NCBI GenBank assembly: GCA_964035545.1
Contig: OZ037768.1
Coordinates: forward strand, 8,836,741-8,900,740
Source: Bugula neritina
Taxonomy: Eukaryota; Animalia; Bryozoa
Length of the DNA stretch: 64,000 nucleotides
Reading direction: 5' to 3'
This document shows, piece after piece, positions 1 through 14,114 of this stretch; the stretch's first letter is position 1; the number at the start of each line of letters is the position of its first letter. The notes under the pieces are model-generated. The model was given only the letters and a program-made list of their open reading frames with translations, had not been told where the DNA came from and did no database searches. The position numbers and the translations under genes are program-made.

Positions 1-278
1 ATAGTTAGTTAGGCCATAACTCACAACGTTCTATTCAAAAATTACTAGTTTGCCTGAGTTGTCTCCTCATGGTCATAAACACGCAACTCGCGAAGTTTAT
101 AAGCGCCTATAGCCTGAATTTGAAATAGGCTATCCTAAGAAAGGCTTAAAATTGAAAATTATTTTATTTTTTGTTTAATAATAAAAAAATTGCAAATTTG
201 CTAATATAAATTATACTTACTGACTTGTCAATATAATTATTTGCGCGAATAATTCACAGTTTCTATAGCGACAAATAC

Positions 279-286
279 ACCGGAAA
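279..286 (+). promoter_or_regulatory. Putative ETS-type (CCGGAA) promoter motif upstream of MDH1B
   Basis: ACCGGAAA about 165 nt upstream of the ATG in a locally CpG-containing patch; the same motif occurs in reverse in the RABIF/Prx intergenic core. Confidence 0.3.
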
Positions 287-448
287 CCTTCGCAAGTAAA
301 CTTTAATCTGCATATGGCATTGGCTTGATAGTTGTAATATTGCTTTAAAGCAAATTTTATTAGGGTTTAAATGTTTGTTGCAAAGTATTTTATGTCCTAA
401 AAATTTGATTAAATTAGGCTCTGAAGCAGTTCTATCAAAAATCGACAG

Positions 449-3400
449 ATGGCTAAGCTAGTAATAGCAGGTAAGAAAATAGTTATACTAATAGTAATAG
501 TAATACTAATAGTAATACTAATAGTAATTTACTTATAAGTTATAGTTGTTCCTATTACTATTAGTAATACTGTATTGGTATTAGGCTATTACTATTAATA
601 AATTACTATTAGTTATCTCTATTAATATTAGTATTAGTTAGTAGTTACTGCAGTTGCTAATAAAATAATGCAAAAATGCTTTCTAGTTTAAATTAATTTA
701 TTATTTTAATAAACTAAGTAAATCTGAAAAAGTTCACTGATGTTGATATAATAGCAGTTAAGAGTAGATGCATGGTGGCACCATGCTTGCTTTTTAGTTA
801 TTGCACTGATTGAAAATCTGTGCAATCTATGGTAAACAAGTGTTTTATATTGCAATTTTCTATTATATACAATGAGCACTTGGGATTCTAATTACATTAA
901 CTTTAAGCCACTTCCAATTATTTTATATCTGTTAAACTGTGTAGGTAGATCGGACTGCCCTTATTATGCTAAAGTAGAACTATTGGCTGATCGGTTGGCA
1001 AACTCTGTAAATTGCTGTGATGTTCATAAAATAGTAAAGACACCTGAAGAATGGGAGGTAGGGATTTTAATGTTTCAATAATCAAAATATTCTGCTTGCA
1101 CTGTACTTATCAGTTAGAGATAATTATTAAATTATTTTATTTAAACAATAACTCAACTGAACTAATTTTAGTATTTTGCAAAATTGTCAGTACGCAGGAA
1201 ACTGGCTGCATTTTTATATATATTTATTTTATTAAGAGATGGGTTAAAAAAGAGTGTGAAGAGAGAAAGTTTGACTATGAGAAGTCTCCACTAATATGGC
1301 GAGAGTTAGTGGATAGAGGCGGCAAAGGTATATTAATTGGCGGTGCGAATGAGTTCCAGGAGTATGTACTGGGCTATTATGGCATAAAATCAGACTTGTG
1401 CACTTCTGATGTAACAAAGGTAACTATTGGCTATTGCTCATAGCATAAACTTTTTATATAAATCATTTATGGATACAACATTTTCAATAGCTTTAGTTAT
1501 ATGTCATCTGTTATTATACATGGTTAAACTTATAGATATCAGCTGAAAACATGTCTACCAAAAAAGAAACAGATAAAGAGTTAGAAGAGTTCAAAAGTCT
1601 CAGTAAACCCATGAAAGTTTGCATATCTAATGCAGGATCACCAGTGAGCTACCATTTATTGAATTCTATAGCATCCGGGGAGATCTTTGGCACTGAACAG
1701 GAACTAATAGTAAACCTTTTAGGAAATGATGATGAACTCACGCAGCTTAATGGAGTGCAAATGGAGGCGATGGATCTAGCTCACAATGTTTTGAGAGGAG
1801 TTACAGTAACCTCAGATCCTAGAGAGGCTTTTGCCGCCTGTGAAGCTGTAATAATGCTAGATCAACTGATGCGAGAAGACGGAGAACCTGAGGATATTTG
1901 GTTAAAACGAAATACCGACAATTTTGTTAACTGTATTGCTGTAATGGATGAACTGTGTAAACCTACAGTAAAAGTACTGATTGCTGGGATTGGCCCAATC
2001 AACACATCGCTCTACGTTGTGCTTCAGCATATAAAGAACATTGACAAGAAAAATATTATCACAATGCCGCGATTGATTGAAAATCAGGCTAAAGCTATAA
2101 TAGCCCAGAAAGTTCATGTTAAAACTAGTGATGTGGTGGATGTTATCACATGGGGAGACAATCAACACTACTTTTGTGACTTGGATAAAGCACGAGTGCA
2201 CAATCATGATGGGCCAATATGGGGGCCACCTAGCTATTCCAGACTGGCGAATATACTTGTAAGTCTGTAATACCTTGGCAATGCTTGTACCTTACATACA
2301 TGTATCAACACATGGCCATTCATAGCTCAAATATAACAAAAACTTGATATTTTACATTATATCAACATGATGATGAATAGAACGTTGATAGATTTTGTTG
2401 ATATAATAGTTTTGCTGTTATATATTTTAATGGAGAGATTTAAAAGTTGGATTTTACTAAAATATATCTGTAAACAGTAATTTAATTCACGCTATTTTTA
2501 ATTATAAAATATGTTTTTAATAGCCTGCCTAATTAAGTTTTGATCTCTAAATTGGTGTAACAGTGTTACCATTTGTAGATGTTAAATTATTTGATTAGAT
2601 TCATGAAGAGCAATGGCTTTCTAAGGAGTTTTCAGAGCTGCTTGAAAAAAGATACACACTGGAGCAAGACAGCATGAAGCATGTGCCAGCATTTGCTCAT
2701 GCAGCTGCAATCAATACTCTGATGCAACAATGGTGGTCCGGCTCCCCGGGTGACCAAATAGTCACACTCGGTGTAGTGTCAGAAGGTAATGCAAAATATT
2801 TTATTTAGTTAATTTCCAGTCATTTTTATTAAAGAAAGCAGTGTAGAAATTATCCCACTTGTTATTTAATTCTTAATTGTGTTTTTTTTGTACTATAAAA
2901 CACTATAGGATTAAACTCAATAGGTGAATACTGTCAGATTGTGGTGCGCTGCGTGTAATTTTTTAATAGTCTTACTAGAACTTATTGTGTTATAGGATGG
3001 TATGATGTACCGGAGGGACTAGTGTTTAACTTTCCAGCCAAATTCTTACCTAATGGCTGCTATGAGGTAACCCCAGATGTGGACCTGACAGAAGACTCAA
3101 AGCTAAAAGTAAAAGAATGTGTAGATGTAAGAATCATTTGCATATGATGTATGCAGTCATTAAATTGAAAAAATCATTTAGTCAATTTTTAAAATTTTCA
3201 TTTGGTGTCTGTGTGGTTAGTATGCAATGATAGCTAATTTTTCACCATATCCATTTCAGTCCTTGCAGATAGTGAGATTTAATAATCGTAGTGTTATGCT
3301 TTTGGTGTGTTTAGTACTTGCTGGAGCGACGATACCAACTGTTTCCAGACCAGCGGCCGCCTCCACCACCTGAGCCAGAGAAACCGGAAGAAGTAATTGA

Positions 3401-4326
3401 GTCTCCTCACCCACCAACGATGACCCCCATTAAAGAAGAAACCGATTTGGAACTGAAACCATCCGCAGGTAAAAATGGTTTTTAAATAATTTTTTAAATT
3501 TTTTATATTATGTGAACTTAAATAACTCACTAAGTTAGAATGCAGCTCTTAGACAGATCAATTTACATCCTATGAATTTCAATGTAACTACAACCTTTTG
3601 TATAATCTGAAACTTCCACTCAACAATCTTGCTATAAATTTGTATTGTGTATATATTTGAAGTCAAACTCGTGTAGAGCTTCGTGGGTAAGTGTTTCAAA
3701 AATGGCTGCTGTGTAAACTTTATTTGTAGTCTATAAGTTTTGGTGCATGTTCAGCATGCGGATGTGCTTGATTTTTCCAATACTTTCTCTGTACATCGTA
3801 TGCATGTTTGTGGCATATGCCAAGCTCTAGTATTTTTAGTTTGTCATTTTTCATGTGCATGTGCTTACTAAGTAATTCATAGGTACAGGTCACCAAGACT
3901 AATTCAGATTCCTCCACACTTAAAAAACTCAATTCTTCTACCTATGCATTTTTTCTTTTCTTATAGTTTTCACCTTTCATAATAAGTTTCATCTTTCAAC
4001 AAATTATACTTTGAGCACTACAAAAACTGTTCTTGAAAAACTAAATAACTTTTTTCGTTCCCATTAAATCTCAAATCAGAAAATAAAAACTGAATAAGCT
4101 GAACAGTGAATTCAATCTCTTCTATGTAGATGAGTCATCATCAGAGACGCCAAGTGACACAGATATGCACCAGACAACATCTGCTGAGCCATCTTTGGCA
4201 AAGATAAACGAGGATGTTGAGCCAGTAGAGGATGGAGACAACTCCGGACAGCTTCCTCCTACTCAGCCCACTGATGATAATGTGACGATGGAGAAACCTG
4301 ATGTAGCAGACCCTCCACAGCAGTAA
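449..4326 (+). CDS. MDH1B: Malate dehydrogenase 1B-like protein; 8 coding exons (449-470, 945-1057, 1237-1419, 1536-2258, 2599-2785, 2996-3126, 3315-3468, 4130-4326)
   Basis: Spliced N-terminus MAKLVIAG|RSDCPYYAK...WE|RW...SPLIWRELVDRGGKGILIGGANEF matches the characteristic MDH1B N-terminus; LDH/MDH-like body follows; all introns GT-AG and in phase; Pro/Glu-rich tail; stop TAA 4324-4326. Confidence 0.9.
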
Positions 4327-5294
4327 AAACATTATCTCTACATGTATTACACACAGCCTTGTTAACATTCATTATTTTGTTACCTACTTTTGTGTTTTGG
4401 TACAATACCAATATTTCTATAAATAATTTATAGCATATATATAATACTTATTTATTTAGAATTACTTAAAATAATGTTTTATTTGACAATAAAAATCAGA
4501 ATGTTATTGAAATACTGCCAATAAAATGTTACTAGCATACAACAGACGATACACAGGTTACAATACAGAGCTTGTGATCAGAATTACTTGGTTAAAACAT
4601 GGGTTAACAACGAGAACATTATTATAAAAAAATAGGAAATGAAAGTTTGCTAAGTCAATTAAAGTAAATCTCAAGTTGAGTGTTGTATACCAGCACATAT
4701 CTAATCAGTATTCTCTTAAACGATATTACAGATGTTTACAATTCTTATATTGGTGTGTATCCCACAGAAGCTTCTGTAATTTAAATGTTCAGCTAGAGTA
4801 GTATTTCGTGATGCAGTTTCATGCTATGCTTACGCGCACCAAAAACATGGTAACAGACTTGAGTAATCAAAGACTTGGAACTCAAACAGCTATATGGTTA
4901 CTATGTTTTTAAATTTTGCTGATGATTCATACCTTGACCTAGTAAGGCAACTAGTTTGAAAAAAATGACAAGCAAAAATTCAGTTGGCCTAACATTAAAA
5001 ATATCAATATAAGCTCAATGGTCACCAACAACAGGGTGAATTGGATTTTTATTATACAACATTTTTATATATTGTTGGTTGTTTTAGTTTCTATTAGAAC
5101 AAAGTCTATGTTTTGAATTTAAAAGTATAGATATCACACATAGGAAATAAGAAAATATTGATATCTTAACCACAGTCTCAGCAGTAAACAAAAATTTAAT
5201 TCATACAACTTGAAAGAAATAGAAATAAAAACTTGAACTGCTAGCTCAATGCTAGATGTGGTAGCTAATGTATTAGTTTATGGAAAACTAGAAG

Positions 5295-8200
5295 CTACTT
5301 GGTAATTTGTTCGCTAGTGTAACTTCCTTTGATGTCTTCAGCCTTACCAAGTCTTCGGATTTCATCCAGTAAGAAGTCGATGTCACTTTGAGTAGCTGAT
5401 GGATTAGCACAAACGTATCTGAAGAAATTGGGTTTAGTTTCCAGGGGCTGGTAACCAATCATTACAGTGCCTAAATAATGTAAACAAAAACATTACTAAA
5501 AAAAATCTATCTCTTTTAAGTTAATTATGAAAGAAAAGCTATACATACAGCAAGGTCATATGTTTGATTTTACCTGAATGGCTTATGAAGTAGATTTCAG
5601 CCATTAACTACAAGTTCTCTGTTGAACAATGTAAAAAATTGTGGGATTTCCTTTTGAACAATAAGTTTTTTTAAAATAAAATGATACACATAAATGGAAG
5701 AGTACCATTGTTAATGTGCAATGCTGAATGGTTTAATATTAACACCAATTCCATTTTATTCTAATACAGTAATTAAAAGAGGAGAGGCATTTGTTTCCTC
5801 TTACAAGCATCACAACACAGCTTACCAGCTTGCATCATGGCAGCTTTAATCTTAGGGGCCACTCTGTGTAGAATTGTGTCTCTAGCAACTCCATGACTCA
5901 TGTTTCTCAGACTGTCTGGCACATACCAGAAGCACACATTTGTAGACTCCGGCTAAAAACAATAATATAATTGATTTAGCTTTTACCCTACTTGTTAAAT
6001 AATAATACAGCTACAACAATAATGCATCTGATTCCTTCTATTGTAAATTTCCTACTTATTCTGCCATGGTACGATGTGTAAACATATGTTATGTGGAAGC
6101 TTTCTTCTCTTGAACTTTGAGCAACATTTTTAATAAAGTCTTTTAAAAGAGCTGTATTTAAAATTTGACAATGTTTTAACTGGTACTTTTAATTTAAACT
6201 GTGGCAAAAGTTAAAACAATTTCAAAGTGTTTGTAAAGTTTGCTGCATATTATACCAGTTAAGGCGTACAGCTTTAAGTTTGATTTGCAATTATTATCTT
6301 TATAAAAACTCTAGCAAATACACTACAAGAGCTTAATAATCAAGTGTGTAATTAGAAGTTTATGAAATAAAAAAAATCAGATTGGCTTGAACTGCAAGCA
6401 ATGGTTCAACTGCCACTAATTTTTGGTGTGGGACAGTATTGATGATGCAGGATTTAAAAAACAAACAACTTAATTTTTCAATGCTTCACTCATAGAGCAT
6501 CTTAGCTAATATGTAGCATTTTTTGTTAAATTACAACCAAAAAGGTTATGCAATGGTATGTGTTGTATTTAATTTTCCTGCACACTTTAGGGAGTTACAG
6601 CGTCTAGATATGAAGCTAGCAATTAGTAGAAGTAAAGCATGGGTAAAGTCAGCACCTCATCTAGCACTAACTCAAAGTCAGCAGCTTGTTTGAGTCTCCC
6701 AAGAAGATATCTTGACAGAGCATGCACCTGGTTTATCTGTTCTTCATAACCTTCATCGCCCTGAGATAGCAGACGTCGTTACAATCATTACCATATAGTT
6801 GTGAGATGCACGTACATTATAAGAACTCAAAAAGTAAAAATAAAATAAAAAAATACAATGTGTAAAATAAAATAAAGTGTGTAATGAAAATTATGTTATA
6901 CTAGAAGGCCTAACCATTAAAAGTTAGAGTAAAAAATATGCTTGAAAGTAAAAAGAATATTTAAAGTATTTATTACAATCATTGGATAACCACATACACA
7001 CACACTGTACGCACACTGTACGCACACTGTACGCACACTGTACGCACACTGTACGCACACTGTACGCACACTGTACGCACACTGTACGCACACTGTAGGC
7101 ATATAGAGGTAGCAAGATATATATGGCAAAGTAAAGGTGACTAAATTTTTAACCAACGAAATAACTTGTCTAAAGCGAGATTTTATAGCTGAAAATAATG
7201 CATGTTACATGTTTTATTTGTTTCTTTGTCTTGTAGACAAGTTTGTTACAGATAAAAGAGTGTTGGGAAAGCACAATCATATACCTTTGCTCTCCATGTC
7301 AACCACAGCTTGAAGATGTCATTGTGCCGACCACACTGTATAGTCTTATCTCCCGTGTCGTATTCAAGGTCATACTGCTTGTCCTTTTGGAACAGGTAGG
7401 TTGCTCCTATAGAATTGCATTCCTTCAGCAAACCCTAAAAACATCAAGACAGCTTTTCAAACTTGAACAAACTGAACAGCTGTTAACATATTATAAGTTT
7501 GACTTTTCTACATAGCTTTAACCTTTGAAGTAAGAAAACTGTAAAAGCACAGCTCAAAGATAATAGTAGCATATGCAGCATATACTTTTGGACAGTCGCA
7601 AATGTAATATTTAGTAAATAAAAAGTTAGTTGTAATATTGTACACAATTAATAGACTTATCAATAAAATTACATGTTCCAGAGTGAAGTGAAACTATGAA
7701 AAAAGTTGACAGCTAAAACATAACAAACCAGAAAAATACAGGTAATAAGAAACCAGGACAGGTGAGAACAAACACAGGTAAAATCTTACCAAATGCTTAG
7801 TGAGAAGTGCAGAGCATTGTAGAGTTTGTCCCATGAGTTTGTGAGGATTCCATGTGACAGAGTCAGCGCGATGGACTCCAGCGAGTTTGTATCGATAGTC
7901 ATTGGAGAGCAAATATCCCCCACCCCAGGCACTCTAAATCAAGTAGCATTTATATAAGTTTTCAGGTTTTTAATGTATGCATTTACCATAAAACTCATTT
8001 ATATTTCAGTAATTTTCAAACTACCACAAAAAGTTATTAAATAATTGTTTAGTTTGCAGTGTGTCTTTTTATTTCAAAGAAATAAAAACATAAATATTTC
8101 CGAAAAAAATTTTTTAGTTTAATAAAATCAGGGAATACATAAGCCAGTTATTTTCCAGTACAGCTATGTAGCTTACTGCAATGTCTGACATAATAATCTG

Positions 8201-11200
8201 AGAGGTTATAAAATTTTGCTGCCTTTTAAATTCTAAACCTACATCAACATGAAGCCAGATTCCGTGCCTTTCACAGACGTCAGCTATGTCATTGAAAGGG
8301 TCAAAAGCTCCAAGTACAGTAGTGGATGCGGTGGCATTCACCATAACTGGCACTTTGCCAAGAGCTTTGGCTTGAATAATATGCTTCTCTAAACATTCAA
8401 CAATCATCTTTCCTCTGAAAGAAACCAGAAAATAAGCATATAACTTTCAATTAACTTATATGAATATAATTTAGTTTTAATTTCATATTTACCATAATAT
8501 TCTAGTAAAGTCTATCGATTAATTTATATCCCACAATAGACATGCACTGTGTAATTTACAATGCTCTATATGCCTATAAAATTGCTCAGATATGCCTATA
8601 AATAACTTATATCCATGACTATATGTCAAACTACATAAATGTAAATGCTCATATGACATATAAGGAATACTTTTAAAGAGAACAGACGAAAATTAATTGT
8701 ACATACAGAATGTTCTCAGTAAATACTCAGGTAACCAAGTCTATTAGCTTGTGCAATGTTATGGTATACCTGGCATCACACTCAACAGAAATTACATTCT
8801 TCATGCCGATTCCTGACACTGCCCCAGCTTGCTCTATGGAGTAGTGACTCTACAACAATACAGCATTATCCAACCTCATTACACAGATGAGATTCTAAGT
8901 AACTTCAAAACACCTTGCATCAAGTCAGTATAATTCATAAACCGCACCCATAACATTAAATAACAGTTTTACAATTTATTGTTCGCTAACGAAATTGTAG
9001 CCCAACTTGTATTAAAGTCAGAAATACTTGCCTGCTTAGATGTGAAGATAATAAATTGGTGCAGGTTTACACCATCAGATTTAACTTTCGGATCAAACTT
9101 GAAACGAGCCAAAAGAACTGCATACAGATTGCTGATTGTACCTCCGGGGGTGAGAACGCCGTCCCCACCTGACCACCCGATCTTGCTGATCATGTGGTTA
9201 ATGACAATCTCCTCCATCAAAGTGAATGTAGGAGCAATTTCATAGGTAAACCTACCATTCGAGTAATAAAACAAATATACAACATTAGAAACTGCTGCAT
9301 TTACTGTATCTTTTATACTTTAGCTCGTTAATGAAAAGACTAGTACATTTTACGTGTAAAAATTTCCACTATTATTAACAGACACTATAGTTATAATAAA
9401 AACAATTTTTGCAACTAAAGAAATTGTGCAAATTTACTTAATTTAGTAATTTGGAGGTGTTATTATAATACCAGATAACATAAACAATTTTTATTGCACT
9501 TACATGTTGGTGTTGACAGTGGCTGTAAGCCATTCACCAGCCACACTGATCAAGTCTAACCCACTTGACAGCTGGTTGAAAAATCTTGGATGACCTGAAA
9601 TTACATAAACAAAAGTCCTTGGTTTAATACAATATTCACTCATTACAAAGTAACCAAGTAACACCAGCTTCTACTAATAACGCATAATAAAGAGTACCGC
9701 CTAATAATGTAACATTATATAAAAGTTATTTCGGTGAGTCTCATGGATATGAAAGTCATCAATAAAACCTGTTCGAACTCCGTATTTCATAGTCTCTTTG
9801 CAGTCACTAAGCACTTGCTCTAGCGTGACACCTTCACTGGGAATTCCTAAGCAGTGTGACATCATTTCCTTGAGGTGATGAGGGTGATGAAAATCCAACA
9901 CCTGAAAATAACAAACCATTCAGGGTGTTCGCTTAAAAAAGCATAATTTGCATATAATATGTCAGTAAATGAAATTGTCAATTTAAACAGTTTGTTTGGA
10001 TGATTGTTGTTTCATTATTCAACACTTTTTGTCACATTAATCGCACGTTTCACAACAAGGAATACTGTAACATCTTAAATATTGACTCTAGTGATATCTT
10101 TTACTAATCTAATGATTTTCTACCTCAATACCTTTAGCAAACAACACCAATCAAATCTCAAACAGTAGAGAAAAACTGAACAACCAAAAAGCTTATCTGT
10201 CAGAACTTCCTGTTGTTTTTCAGCAGAGAATAAATAAAGACACAGTATACACTACACAGTATACACTACACAGTATACACTATACAGTATACACTATACA
10301 GTATACACTACATAGTATACAGTATACACTACATAGTATACACTATACACTATACACGACATAGTATACACTATACAGTATACACTAAACAGTATACACT
10401 ATACAGTATACACAACATAGTATACACTAAACAGTATACACTACATAGTATACACTATACAGTATACACTATACAGTATACACAACATAGTATACACTTT
10501 ACAGTATACACGACATAGTATACACAATATAATTTTATAAACAAAATTCACAAAAAAGAATTGCAAACACAGCAGCATTAAGGTCAATGCAACTATAAAT
10601 TTCAATATTTTATGCATTTTGGCATTAAATTACTTTTTGCACACAATACAAATAACAATTGACAGCAGCAGTGTTCAAGTGGTTCTAGAACTGGCCTAGT
10701 CACAAGATCACGGGTTCAAATCCTGGCAGGGTCATTAGAGATGTCAAAGAAAGCATCTCATCATAAATGTTCTTGGGCTGCTTTTCAAAAAAAGACAAGA
10801 TTTGTTACCACCAGGAGCTCTCATAAGGATGGAGACGTTAATACAAGAGCGAGTGAGTTTAATGCACACACTTGACTATAATAGAAAACCATGACAAAAA
10901 CCTTTGTTTGCCTGTCCTGCTGCTTTGCCATGTATTCAACCAGCATGTGGGATAAACGGAGGAAAAACTCTTCTGTCTTCTGCTTCCCCCCAAGAGCTGG
11001 CAGAAGGTCTAAAACAAATCAAATGTGAAAGCACAGACCTAGTTTTATGATCCGAATAAAGTAGTACAATATTTCAGTTAAAAGTTACTTAATGTTAGCA
11101 TAAGAATGATATGTATATTAGGTGACTGAGATTTTGAGGGAGTAATAAAAAGCGTATGAAATGTATACTGAGTTGAGTGATTGAGTAGAATTTTAATTCA

Positions 11201-12354
11201 GACTTGACATGCAGTAAACGTCAGCCGTAATCAGGAAATGCAAGTATTAATTTATACTCTTCTGTAGCAGCTAATTTAGGGCTCAATAAAACAATATCTG
11301 ACAGCAAACACTTAGCTTGCACTGATCAATGGAAAAGTTATACTATATTGACACAAACTAAAATTAAAATAAGTCAATAGCTGACAACTGAAAAAGCAGC
11401 ATGCAAATTGATATAAGAATTAATTAATAAAGGACAATGGTGATCCCTAATGGGTTGTGTAGGCCAACTGCATATTAAAATCCTTCTGAAGTCAATTACT
11501 GACAAATGAACTGTGGAGAATATATAATATTCAGAGCGGGATTTATCTTTTTAGTTTCACTATAAGCTGCATGTAATTATAATACAGGAAATTTGACATA
11601 TTCAAACTTTTTACTCCTTTTGTACCATCACACTAATCCATAAAACTCTCTTTTAGAATAAATGTCTAAACAAAATTATATTAATTCACTCGTCAGTGTT
11701 ACTGAAAGTGAAAGTACATTATTATAAATATCCTCATTTATACAAAAATAGCATTACACAAAAACATAAATTCGTCAAAGATCAATGTGAACAAATATAA
11801 TGTAAGATCATATATAGCAATAAAAAAAGTCCTTAGACCGCTTTGAAAAAACCTTTCAATCAGGGATTCTCATAGGGATAGGGACTATAAACTTGCACAA
11901 GTTTTTTTTTATAATATATATAGAGAAATGCACACTACATTATACAACTACAGTCAATTTCAAGAAAACAAAGCTGCAGAAAGTTTTTGCACGAAAAAAT
12001 CTGGTCTTATGTGTTAAATCTTAACTACAATTACTTGTTTTACCAAAAACACATAAATTTATAGACTTTAAAGAAACTAATTACAAGAACAAGTTGAACA
12101 ACGCAAAGCAATAAGTTAGAAGCAACATAATATATAGAGAGCTAACCTTGACAAAACGCATCTTCAAAAGCTTCCCAACTATCTATATTGGCCATGCTAA
12201 ATCTACTAGCAGCTGTAATCAAACCATCGCTACCCTTTATAGTGCAACCATCTCGCAGGTACTGCCCTTCACTCTGCCCTCGAAATAGTCGGCGGTTTGC
12301 TCGAGTTTTGGGTTTGCTTATCTCTAACAAATGTTCCTTCTCTATTAAATCCAT
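5295..12354 (-). CDS. GAD: Glutamate decarboxylase (group II PLP-dependent decarboxylase), multi-exon
   Basis: Exons give [49 protein letters not shown]|[19 protein letters not shown] (PLP lysine), [59 protein letters not shown]; FFNQLS and RHNDIFKLW favour GAD over CSAD/ADC; stop TAG at 5295-5297; the ATG at 12354 is the likely start. Confidence 0.92.
7003..7097. repeat. 11-bp tandem repeat (GCACACTGTAC)n, about 8 copies, in a GAD intron
   Basis: Directly visible near-perfect units; source of the spurious ORFs 6917-7156 and 6924-7115. Confidence 0.95.
10243..10526. repeat. 14-bp minisatellite (CAGTATACACTATA-like), about 20 copies, in a GAD intron
   Basis: Directly visible; each unit contains the GTATAC palindrome. 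Confidence 0.95.
10664..10850 (+). mobile_element. tRNA-derived SINE, copy 1
   Basis: A-box-like TGTTCAAGTGG, B-box GGGTTCAAATCC, body motif AAGAAAGCATCTCATCATAA and 3' motif CCAGGAGCTCTCATAAGGATGGAGACGTTAA shared with the copies at about 11.85, 23.1 and 51.2 kb. Confidence 0.75.
11826..11895 (+). mobile_element. 3' fragment of the same SINE family
   Basis: CAGGGATTCTCATAGGGATAGGGACTATAAAC matches the family 3' motif. Confidence 0.55.
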
Positions 12355-13397
12355 GGCTGTAAAACAATTGAATACGTTACATATATAAAAAATTATATTA
12401 TGTTGTTATTTTATTCTTTGCAAGAAATAAGAATTATTTTGCACTTGGTGAAAAAGAAATTAATAATTATCCTTTTAACCATTAATAATATCTTTTTAGA
12501 TAAAAACTTAAAAAAAACAATATATGGTATAAATAGCAGAATTTTACGGAAATTCTGAATTATAATGAACATAAACTATTCAATTTATTAGATAAAATAA
12601 CAGCACGAAAAATCTATTCTCAGCTGTTATATCCTAGGATAAATGAACAAGCTCCTTACCTTCAGGGTGGTGGTGAGACAGCTATAGGAAAGAGCAGGAG
12701 CAAGCTAACTGAAATATCCTGCCAAGTGTTAGCATTTAAAGTATTGAGCACTTTTTCACACAGCATGCGCCAAAGTTTGTTGAGTGGTTAATTATAGTAT
12801 ATATGGACCAATCAATGTTACTAAGGCTGTTGGCGTTGACGATATATGCTAAGCAGAAATGATGATTACATTTTTGCACAAAATTATTATAATGATATTG
12901 ATAATTCTGTTGAGTAAGGGAAGCATATGGGAAACAATTACTTCGATCCGTTGGTTTTTACTTAGACTTGTTATACAAAACGTTTGGCTCGGTGTGTAGT
13001 CCAATGACTTTTCCTTCAATAAATTAAAATGCAATTAATAAGTGTTATTTCAGGATAATTTGCTGATTTCAATGCCATAAGAGTTTCACATTTGCTATGC
13101 TGCAGGCGTATTTCTCAAGTTGAAATAATACATATTATTAGCAAAATTATACTCATTGTCCGTCATCTTTTAGGCTTCATTGACATGCCAGATTTAATGT
13201 TTTCCAAACATAATGTTGAATTAAAGACATAAATGACCAAGTTAAGCATGACGCGTGTAGTTGGAAATATTGATGTTAACCTTACCAAAGATAATCAATG
13301 CAACGCAATACAGAAACTCACTGGTTATTTTTAATGCAATAGAAAATGGTAAAAATCTCATTAGTTGAAAATCTACCAATTATAATGCAAAATAATC

Positions 13398-13399
<2 letters not shown>

Positions 13400-13465
<66 letters not shown>
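13400..13465. repeat. (AT)n microsatellite
   Basis: Directly visible. Confidence 0.98.
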
Positions 13466-13466
<1 letters not shown>

Positions 13467-14114
13467 CACGGGATATATAAAAAAATTTTACAGAACTTTA
13501 CATAATGTATAAATAATTTTGAGTTTCTGAAGAAATCTAGAGCATTGTGTTTTTCCTAGTGATGACAGGAAATCCTCTAGAACGAGTTACGCAAGGCGTG
13601 GGTATTGCAATTATATCATTTCTAAATCTTTATTGATTTCCACACATTAGGCATGAGAAACCAACAGCATTAACTTTCAATTAATAGATTAATATAGTGC
13701 AATCATCATAGCCAGTTTATGGCAGATAATGCTCACACGGCAGAATAATCAAATTATTAGTTTCATATACTACTGATCTAGTGTAGATACAAAAAGTAAC
13801 CTATATTGAAATAACATGACATTTTATATCATATGTACAAAAAGGATACCCGACTGCAAAAAAATTTTATGTTCGATTAATACCATTAAAGTTTATAATT
13901 CATTAAAAGGAAGCGTCAGTTTAAGATTATGGAGTTCATGTTGAATAACATAGAATCGTTTGTATTACAAGATAGAAATTTCTAAAATATGGAATTACCA
14001 TTGTTTAAAAGTGTGCATAATATCAGAAAAATAATCCGTATTCAGCCAATAGTATGCTGAATAACTAACAGGAGTAAAAACCGCACAATATTTTTTTCAT
14101 AAAAAAAATTAAAA

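Noticed and set aside
6917-7156. ORFs with repeated [10 protein letters not shown], resembling a Zn-finger or metallothionein
   Set aside because: Product of an 11-bp intronic tandem repeat with no splice context
10243-10526. Regular repeat array as a possible CRISPR
   Set aside because: No unique spacers, eukaryotic intron, no cas genes
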